Source: a virus. Taken from it: a stretch of 64,000 bases of DNA. The position numbers were made by a program, and so were the translations under genes. Shown piece after piece: positions 57,322 through 64,000 of this stretch. The stretch is from positions 31,038-95,037 of IMG/VR virus record IMGVR_UViG_3300044991_001407. The stretch is one strand, 5' to 3'. The notes under the pieces were generated by a model, which saw nothing but the letters and a program-made list of their open reading frames with translations, made no database searches and was not told the DNA's origin. Each line of letters starts with the position of its first letter. Position 1 is the first letter of the stretch.

Positions 57322-57586
57322 GTTTAATCACAATTTCCTTTGCTTGGTTAATTTCAATGTTTTTTTCATAAAGTCTATGATATTTTCTTCTTTCTCTTTG
57401 CGAAAGACCACCCCAAATGCCATATATTTCGTCAGCTCTTATTGATTGGCTTAGACATTCTGGTGCTACTTGACATTTCTCACAAACTTTTTTTGCTCTA
57501 ATAATTGCTAAAGCATCATCTGCATAAAAATCTATTCCTTTAATTGTTCTGCAATATGCTCTTTCAGTCCAATGTTCACTCACCAT
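57299..57586 (-). CDS. whiB: WhiB-family transcriptional regulator
   Basis: Four Cys (C...C-x2-C-x5-C) and 'GIWGGLS..ER'. Confidence 0.92.
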   Translation of the reverse strand: MVSEHWTERAYCRTIKGIDFYADDALAIIRAKKVCEKCQVAPECLSQSIRADEIYGIWGGLSQRERRKYHRLYEKNIEINQAKEIVIKHGNKIIE

Positions 57587-57965
57587 CAGTTTCCTCTAAA
57601 TCCCAATATGGAAGCGTAGATGATTCATCAATAATTACTGGTATCACTTCATTTTTAGTGAACTCAAAATAATCTTGACGACTATCATCTTCCAAACTAT
57701 TGATTACATTAATAACATGAAAGCATAGAGATATAATTACTCCAGTAACTCTTTCATGATCCAATTCTCCATTATCATCATATGTATGATTAATTATATT
57801 CATCATTCCATGCATTCTAGATGTCATGTCATCATAATCTAATTCAGATAGAATATTGGTAATTGATATCATATCATTAGCATAATCACTTGCGTCAACC
57901 AAACCATCTGGCGCTGAATCAGTATTATCTTCACTCATCTTATCAAAATCATTTTCATTAAACAT
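57576..57965 (-). CDS. acidic hypothetical protein
   Basis: SD AAGGGAG. Confidence 0.7.
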   Translation of the reverse strand: MFNENDFDKMSEDNTDSAPDGLVDASDYANDMISITNILSELDYDDMTSRMHGMMNIINHTYDDNGELDHERVTGVIISLCFHVINVINSLEDDSRQDYFEFTKNEVIPVIIDESSTLPYWDLEETDGE

Positions 57966-57982
57966 TTAATCTCCCTTGTTAG

Positions 57983-58471
57983 TTAATACCAAATTGCTGA
58001 ACCTTCACAAAATTCACCTGCAAATTCTAACCACCAAGTTGCGTACATCCAATCCTTAATGAATTCCTCATAATTATCTGGATGCAATTGCTTAGCATTA
58101 AATGCAAACTTCTCTGTGTTATCTTTCATTATATTAGCCATAGAAATACATTCATCTGAGCTAATACCTTCCTCACCATTAGCAAAACCTTTTCCATAAA
58201 ATGAAATGCCAAGCGAAGATTCATGCCACATATCATCTATACCGTCAAGCATAGATATTAGTCCATTTCCATATTTACCTCTATACCAACAATCAGTTCC
58301 CATAATTCCTGTTGTTGGAACTGAATCTTTAACCATTGGATTAGATTCATATTCATTCTTCCATGTACATTTACCACAAGCTTGTGTTTCATTGCAATCA
58401 ATACGACCATCATGATCTTTAATTGCAACATCAATACATGGATATTCCTTAGGTATATTGTCTAGTCCCAT
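57983..58471 (-). CDS. hypothetical protein
   Basis: 'MGLD...CWYRGK.G'. Confidence 0.7.
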   Translation of the reverse strand: MGLDNIPKEYPCIDVAIKDHDGRIDCNETQACGKCTWKNEYESNPMVKDSVPTTGIMGTDCWYRGKYGNGLISMLDGIDDMWHESSLGISFYGKGFANGEEGISSDECISMANIMKDNTEKFAFNAKQLHPDNYEEFIKDWMYATWWLEFAGEFCEGSAIWY

Positions 58472-58473
58472 TG

Positions 58474-59082
58474 TTATTCTCCGTATAATCCAAAGTCAAT
58501 GTCTTCTACATCATCATAAGTTTGATGAAATTCCCATTGATCATGTTGTTTAATTTCACCATTAGCAAATATCAATTGTCCAGCAAATGCCATTCCTGGT
58601 TCTTCATATGATATAAAACCACTTAGTTTCGGAAATCTATTTACAATTGCATTTGCTAATTCATCACAACCTGGACCCCAAGCAGTATCATATTCAAAAT
58701 GGATACTTGATTCCCCAGACAATGTTACAACTGGATTCTCATAATCTGTTTCACCATTTTCAAGGGTTGAATACGCATAATTTTTTTTATGAGTAATACC
58801 ACTTGCTGTCAAACTATAATCACCCCATTTAGTTCCCCAATTAGCATTGCACCAATCATACCAATTATCATGACCATACTTATCAACTAAATCTATATTG
58901 CTTTCTTTTCCAAATGATGATGTCGTTCCTTCTAATTCTTTTGGCATTGGCAATAGATTTGCAAATAATTCATATGGATTATCTTCTTTATCTGAACCGT
59001 TGTTTTCAACTGTTTTAATAAAGATTTCAATATCTTCAGTTGACCCAGTAATACCTAATTTATTATTACAATGGTTTGGCAT
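58474..59082 (-). CDS. DUF1281/YubB ferredoxin-like domain protein
   Basis: 'MPNHC.N', 'WYDWC..NWGTKW', 'DTAW.P', 'YEEPG..FAG'. Confidence 0.8.
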   Translation of the reverse strand: MPNHCNNKLGITGSTEDIEIFIKTVENNGSDKEDNPYELFANLLPMPKELEGTTSSFGKESNIDLVDKYGHDNWYDWCNANWGTKWGDYSLTASGITHKKNYAYSTLENGETDYENPVVTLSGESSIHFEYDTAWGPGCDELANAIVNRFPKLSGFISYEEPGMAFAGQLIFANGEIKQHDQWEFHQTYDDVEDIDFGLYGE

Positions 59083-59333
59083 TATTCTTCTCCCTTATAT
59101 GTCTTTTTGTAATGTGTATATTTTGATTCAATTACTGCTTTGAATTGTTTTCCAGGAGTTGTTCCTGGAGTATTTATTAACTTATTAAAATCATCAACAT
59201 ATATTTGCTCATAATAATATGTATCCAAAGATTTAAATATGGCTGTTAATTCACCATACATATTGCCGTTATCTCTTTCATATCTCAACTCATCAAGCAT
59301 TGATGAATTAAGATTTGTTACTGTTACTATCAT
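59082..59333 (-). CDS. KTSC-like protein
   Basis: 'SS.L....Y...L...F....Y.Y......F..L......GK.F...I...Y'. Confidence 0.55.
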   Translation of the reverse strand: MIVTVTNLNSSMLDELRYERDNGNMYGELTAIFKSLDTYYYEQIYVDDFNKLINTPGTTPGKQFKAVIESKYTHYKKTYKGEE

Positions 59334-60025
59334 TCAAACTCCAATACTGGTTGTGATTTGTCATATTTAGATATTTCATTAGCAGTAAATGGAGGTCTTT
59401 CCATTCCATTTTGATCACAAAATGAATACCATTCCATAAACCTTTCTGGACTCCAAATCTGAAGGTTAAAGATTGCCATCAAGATATCATTATCTTTAAA
59501 TCCTGAATGTCTGACATCAATATCCATATTTATTTCTAATTCATGATAAACTTCAGAAGCCCAATCTGGATTTTCAACAATATCTACATACCCAGGATTT
59601 AGATAATTCCAAAAGTCAATACTATCAATATTGTCATCATCAATCATTTTGTCGTATGTTTCTTCATCAGCAACTGGATAGTCATCTAATTTATCTAACC
59701 ATTCCATTGCTAAATAGAATGAAGATGCGATAACTTTTTTGTCTGTATCATCTTCATAAACACGACAAACTAATCTATCAACATTACCAACAGCCCAATG
59801 TGCATAGTTTTCTATTCTGAAATCTTCAGGAAAAATGCCCATCAATTCTTCAGTAATATATTTGAAGTTTGCTTTTTCTAATGGATCAGAATCTCTATTC
59901 TGATCAATATTAGTAAAACCCCAAGTATCAAACATATCTTTACTACCCCAATAACCGAATTCTTCTGGTTTAGTTGTAGCTTGTTTTGCATACTTTTCAA
60001 TATTTAAAACAAAATCGCTCATCAC
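59330..60025 (-). CDS. acidic hypothetical protein
   Basis: 'RDSD.LE.ANF...HWAVG.V...L.DYPV.DE'. Confidence 0.75.
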   Translation of the reverse strand: MMSDFVLNIEKYAKQATTKPEEFGYWGSKDMFDTWGFTNIDQNRDSDPLEKANFKYITEELMGIFPEDFRIENYAHWAVGNVDRLVCRVYEDDTDKKVIASSFYLAMEWLDKLDDYPVADEETYDKMIDDDNIDSIDFWNYLNPGYVDIVENPDWASEVYHELEINMDIDVRHSGFKDNDILMAIFNLQIWSPERFMEWYSFCDQNGMERPPFTANEISKYDKSQPVLEFE

Positions 60026-60489
60026 ACCTCGCTTCCAGCAATCATCAATTCTTTAACTGCTTCTGCAAGCTGACCTCTAGCATCACCATAATCATAAACT
60101 GGATTCTCTAAATCATCACTAAATGAAATACAATTAGCAAATTGAAGGTGACTATTAGCCGAAACTAAAAGACGAACTCTACGCCTATCTGGATGTTCAG
60201 ATGGAGGCAAATCACTATTCTCATCATTTTCTTCTTTAATAGGTGCAGCCCAACCAGTTGTTGCAATAGTAATAAAATCATAATTTTTTACTTGAGCAAT
60301 AAGTGCTGGATTATCATAAAGCATATCGTAAATATCTCCGTCAGATGCAATCTGTTCTGTTTGCACAGTCAAATCATTATTTACCATAACACCATATGCT
60401 ATTGCTTTACCCATACTAAAATCAGTACTGATTGAATCAGTAATATAGTCTGCTATGATTTTTAGTGTATCGTCATCTACTTTTTTCAT
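60022..60489 (-). CDS. hypothetical protein
   Basis: 'TTGWAAP...PSEHP.RRRVRL'. Confidence 0.75.
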   Translation of the reverse strand: MKKVDDDTLKIIADYITDSISTDFSMGKAIAYGVMVNNDLTVQTEQIASDGDIYDMLYDNPALIAQVKNYDFITIATTGWAAPIKEENDENSDLPPSEHPDRRRVRLLVSANSHLQFANCISFSDDLENPVYDYGDARGQLAEAVKELMIAGSEV

Positions 60490-60827
60490 TTTGCATTCTC
60501 CTTATTTGTTGTTAGGTTTAATTCTTTAATTGCTTCCTCATCCCAATTAGTTGGGGTATTCCATTCAATTTCAATTGCTGTTGCCGCCTCTAATTCATTA
60601 TCAGCATCATAAACAATTACAATTTCACCATATGAGCCAAAATCATGTGGAAACCACATCTTTTTAAATCTCATACTCTTATGTGTTTCTAAACCTGGAA
60701 ACATACGCTCAAGCTGAGCCATATACGCATCCAATTCTTTATTCGCCCGATTTTCATAATCTGGACTACCAACTTGAGCACAATCTTCATCTGAAGGTGT
60801 GCTTCCTAAATTAAGATAATCTAACAT
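60486..60827 (-). CDS. conserved phage hypothetical protein
   Basis: 'LGSTP.DEDCAQVG..DY...HDFG.Y.E'. Confidence 0.75.
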   Translation of the reverse strand: MLDYLNLGSTPSDEDCAQVGSPDYENRANKELDAYMAQLERMFPGLETHKSMRFKKMWFPHDFGSYGEIVIVYDADNELEAATAIEIEWNTPTNWDEEAIKELNLTTNKENAK

Positions 60828-61165
60828 TTTATACCTCTCCTATTTCTTTGATTTTCCATATTTCATCTGGCATTTTTTTCTCAGTCCAACCTGTTTTTTC
60901 AGTCCAATAATATTGAGGCTCAGGTTTTTCTTTCACCCATTGCAGTATTTTTACTTTTTTCTTTTTCATAATTTATCCTTAATTAAAATTGTGAATATTA
61001 ATAAAAGCATTGCTAAAAGCAAAATGTGATCCATTTAGTAACCATCATCCCAATCAGATTGAGAACTAATAAAATCAACTGGAATCACAACTTCACTTCC
61101 ACAAATAGGGCAAGGCATAACCCCTTCTTCAAAGAATTCAAAACATTCTTGACATTGATAATCCA

Positions 61166-61573
61166 TTACATATCCTTTTCTGTTAGTTTGATAGTGACCC
61201 AACCCCAGTCACAACACTGGTATTCTTTTTGATCTGAAGGGTGAAGCCCAATCAGATTTTTTGTTTTTCTATAAAATAAAGTAAACATCTTTACTGTACA
61301 GTCATGACAAGCAGTTATTTTAACCACATCATCTTCTGACATACAGTCAAAGAATTCACCATAACCACCACATAATTCAAAAGTCAAACCTTGACTTATT
61401 TGTTCTACAATAATGTCAGGTTCACGACCTTCAAAATTAAATTCCATACTCTCATTGTCTGAGTATTCTTTTGTTTTTTCATTATATGTTCTTTGCCAAA
61501 ATACGGGAGCTATTTTTTCACCACAACCGTCACATTCAACCCAATCTTTTTTGGTTAAGATTATTGTATCCAT
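61166..61573 (-). CDS. Cys-rich hypothetical protein
   Basis: CDGC, 'GGYGEFFD', CHDC. Confidence 0.7.
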   Translation of the reverse strand: MDTIILTKKDWVECDGCGEKIAPVFWQRTYNEKTKEYSDNESMEFNFEGREPDIIVEQISQGLTFELCGGYGEFFDCMSEDDVVKITACHDCTVKMFTLFYRKTKNLIGLHPSDQKEYQCCDWGWVTIKLTEKDM

Positions 61574-61770
61574 TACCTATTCCATCCTGAATTACCGAAG
61601 TATTCATTTATTTCATTCTGCCATTTTTGCCAATCTGGATTCATATCCAAATCTAATGCCCAGTCGTAAACTTCAACTCTTTCATGAGTTTCACGAGTAA
61701 GTTTATTTGATTTCTTCATTGCAGGATGATTTTTTCTACTTTCATTTTCTTCAAACGGGTTCATTTTCAA
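61573..61770 (-). CDS. hypothetical protein
   Basis: TAATG coupling. Confidence 0.55.
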   Translation of the reverse strand: MKMNPFEENESRKNHPAMKKSNKLTRETHERVEVYDWALDLDMNPDWQKWQNEINEYFGNSGWNR

Positions 61771-61778
61771 TCTTCTTT

Positions 61779-62000
61779 CTATTGTAGTAAGTCGGCTCTA
61801 ACATTTAGTGTTTTTAATTCTGTTTTCTTTACCCAAAAGTAATTAGATTTGTGAAGCAAAGCAGGAGTATAAATCTTTCTAAATTCCCTTTCTGAAACAT
61901 CAAGACCAATCTTTTGGCATTTCTCACCTAAACAATATTCATAACCAGCTTCATATCTTTCATCAATAAAATCTGATGAACAATATATACATTTAGCCAT
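61779..62000 (-). CDS. small Zn-finger-like protein
   Basis: 'CIYC...ER..AGY.YCL...C'. Confidence 0.65.
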   Translation of the reverse strand: MAKCIYCSSDFIDERYEAGYEYCLGEKCQKIGLDVSEREFRKIYTPALLHKSNYFWVKKTELKTLNVRADLLQ

Positions 62001-62181
62001 TCGTTTCATCTTTCATTAGAAGTTGGCAAATTGTAATTACTTTTTTTATCTTTTTATTATCCGTATTGTTTATTGCAACATTACGCATAATCCAGCGATA
62101 ATCCCTTCTGCGAGCAAAAGGAATATCTAAAAGACTTGATAATTTCTCAAGTTCATTCAATAGCTGACTTTTATATTCCAC
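61993..62181 (-). CDS. hypothetical protein
   Basis: 'LDIP..RR.DY.W..RN'. Confidence 0.65.
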   Translation of the reverse strand: MEYKSQLLNELEKLSSLLDIPFARRRDYRWIMRNVAINNTDNKKIKKVITICQLLMKDETNG

Positions 62182-62182
62182 T

Positions 62183-62581
62183 TTATTCCTTTACCAGTTG
62201 ATCGTGATAGATAACAAATTGACATTCAGTATTCATAAAACTCTCAATCAATTGTTCTTTGAACATTTTACTTAGAAGTAAAAATTCACGAATATCTTCA
62301 AGAATTACCACTTCACCTTTTCTATTCTTTCTTTGAACCTTGATGGATACTAAAGACATAAGCAATTCCTGGTCATTATCTCTCCAGTAATCACGATATG
62401 TTCTTTCTTTTGTATATGAACCATAAGGAAAAAACGCATCTACTTTTGCTTTCTTTTCTTTGATTACAATCTCAACATCATCTTCTTCAATAATGTCAAT
62501 AACAAGGTTTCCAGTAATCTCATATGAAGTCATAGTCTTATCTGGAATAACTTCTGAAACATCAACGATTTCAATTTCCAT
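62183..62581 (-). CDS. hypothetical protein
   Basis: TAATG coupling. Confidence 0.65.
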   Translation of the reverse strand: MEIEIVDVSEVIPDKTMTSYEITGNLVIDIIEEDDVEIVIKEKKAKVDAFFPYGSYTKERTYRDYWRDNDQELLMSLVSIKVQRKNRKGEVVILEDIREFLLLSKMFKEQLIESFMNTECQFVIYHDQLVKE

Positions 62582-62796
62582 TACTGCAACTCGCTTTCTA
62601 TTTTCAATAGTTGTTTTTCCTGAACATCTTCTTGTATTCTTTCATAAACATCATCTTTAATACCAGTACTAAACTCAAGCAAAATCATTTGTTGTTCTGC
62701 ATAAAATTGTTGAGGAGTAATCAAACCCCTATTCTTTTGCATATACAAACGATTTAGACGATTACTAATATAATAGTAAAGTGATTCTATTCTCAT
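62581..62796 (-). CDS. hypothetical protein
   Basis: ATGA coupling. Confidence 0.6.
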   Translation of the reverse strand: MRIESLYYYISNRLNRLYMQKNRGLITPQQFYAEQQMILLEFSTGIKDDVYERIQEDVQEKQLLKIESELQ

Positions 62797-63206
62797 TTGC
62801 TTTCTCCCATTGTTTGCTTATTATAATAAACTGGATTACCTGAACTAATATGAGAAGTGATATTTATTTTCTCATCTCCAATAGTTGCTGTATTGTTTAT
62901 ATTACCCGTAACACAAGGTGAAACAATACGCTTACGCTGAGGACCAAATTTAGCCTTAGATACTTGGTAATCATTAGACCAAGCATAAACTACAAAGTCA
63001 CTACCTTTTTTACGCAAACGCAAATTCTGAGCATAAAGTAACTTAGCAACGGTAGATATACGCATTGCTTTACCTGAATCTAACACTACGGCAAAGAATG
63101 TCTCATTATTTTGCGTAATCTCTACTACTTCAGAGACAATACCATAAACCCTATTTTTATCTGATATTTTATTACCAACAATAGAACCGAACAATCTATC
63201 ACTCAT
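62793..63206 (-). CDS. hypothetical protein
   Basis: First gene after the 63.2-63.6 kb intergenic region. Confidence 0.65.
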   Translation of the reverse strand: MSDRLFGSIVGNKISDKNRVYGIVSEVVEITQNNETFFAVVLDSGKAMRISTVAKLLYAQNLRLRKKGSDFVVYAWSNDYQVSKAKFGPQRKRIVSPCVTGNINNTATIGDEKINITSHISSGNPVYYNKQTMGESK

Positions 63207-63442
63207 TGACTAATCCAATCTTTTAGATTTATGCTGATATACGAAAATATCACACTAAATCTCTTAGAAATAGTGTGATATAAAATTTGACCTAATTGCT
63301 GAACTAATGTGTCGTTCATTGAGTAATAACGATATCGGGGAAACTAATCAAAAAAAACCTGCGTGAAAATATTTCTTTTATATTTCTTTTGCATCGGAAA
63401 AGTATGCAGAAAACAAATCAGCTCTTATATAAACTTTTACAT

Positions 63443-63487
63443 AAAAAAACTTACAGCCCCGTGTAAGATTACAGGGCTGTAAGTTTT
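63443..63487 (-). terminator. terminator hairpin built from TGTAAnnTTACA boxes
   Basis: AAAACTTACAGCCC/GGGCTGTAAGTTTT stem with TGTAAGATTACA in the loop; T7 tract on the minus strand. Confidence 0.7.
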
Positions 63488-63601
63488 CCGCTTGAATATT
63501 ATTATTTATATTAAGAATTAGCTAATGAATCACCAAGCATCTTTTAGCCAATATTTTACCAAATTTTAATATGTATTTCATGACCAACTAGGGTCATTTC
63601 A

Positions 63602-64000
63602 TTATTTTGGATTTTTAGTAGGTTTTTGGGAAATAGAAATTAGGTAATCCATCATGCTACCTTCATAGTTAAATCTACCTAAATGCTGAATCTCAATCGC
63701 AGGATCAACCCAAACTTTACCATCAAGCTTTTGCCAATACCTACAGAATCCATAATCTTCAGATACGAATCTACCATCATCATCTACATAAGAATTAAAG
63801 AAAGCATATGTCCAGTTCTTTTCTTCATCATTCATTGAACCTGTATCATCATTAAACTTTAATTCAGGGTATGCCTCAATAAGCTTTTCAATAACCGATC
63901 TCTTAATGCACATAAAGCCAGTACCAGCATCATGAACAGAAATTGCACCATTATCTGTTTCAATTGTATTATTTCCAGCACGAACAGGATTTACCACAAA
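63602..64000 (-). CDS. GT2-like glycosyltransferase, C-terminal part (5' end outside the window)
   Basis: 'GTGFMCIKRSV', 'SEDYGFC', 'VWVDP.I...HLG'. Confidence 0.8.
   Translation of the reverse strand, partial: FVVNPVRAGNNTIETDNGAISVHDAGTGFMCIKRSVIEKLIEAYPELKFNDDTGSMNDEEKNWTYAFFNSYVDDDGRFVSEDYGFCRYWQKLDGKVWVDPAIEIQHLGRFNYEGSMMDYLISISQKPTKNPK

Noticed and set aside
1-64000. Stop-codon reassignment
   Set aside because: Long conserved genes are intact in the standard code, TAA, TAG and TGA all end genes, and no suppressor tRNA was seen

Overview
64 kb of a large tailed dsDNA phage genome. The host is probably a freshwater actinobacterium (WhiB, FmdB zinc ribbon, an actinobacterial-type ferredoxin, many leaderless extended -10 promoters); this is an inference. 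Layout: (1) 1-29.8 kb, minus strand, in transcription order: GT4 glycosyltransferase, class II RNR, portal, prohead protease/scaffold, major capsid protein, a ~12 kb block of modular fibre and Gly-rich cassettes, a lysis/membrane module, further fibre genes and head-tail connectors. (2) 30-38.6 kb, mostly plus strand: accessory genes (multi-domain DUF5872/HiPIP-like protein, DUF1599, clavaminate-synthase-like and other 2OG-Fe(II) oxygenases, FkbM, thermonuclease, ferredoxin, tRNA-Thr, tRNA-Asn, a candidate ncRNA). (3) 38.7-44.2 kb: a gene-sparse island with two paralog pairs of small basic proteins, embedded in clusters of a 12-bp palindrome (TGTAAnnTTACA) phased mostly at 16 bp and a strand-biased CTTTATG motif. 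(4) 44.2-63.2 kb, minus strand: about 50 small, often acidic, early-type genes, including WhiB, an apparently permuted GHKL-HExxH protein, a lytic transglycosylase, and a tRNA-Arg surrounded by a tandem array of structured RNA elements. The best candidates for something undescribed are the phased-palindrome/paralog island and the tRNA-associated structured RNA array. All family calls come from motif recognition by eye; no searches were run.
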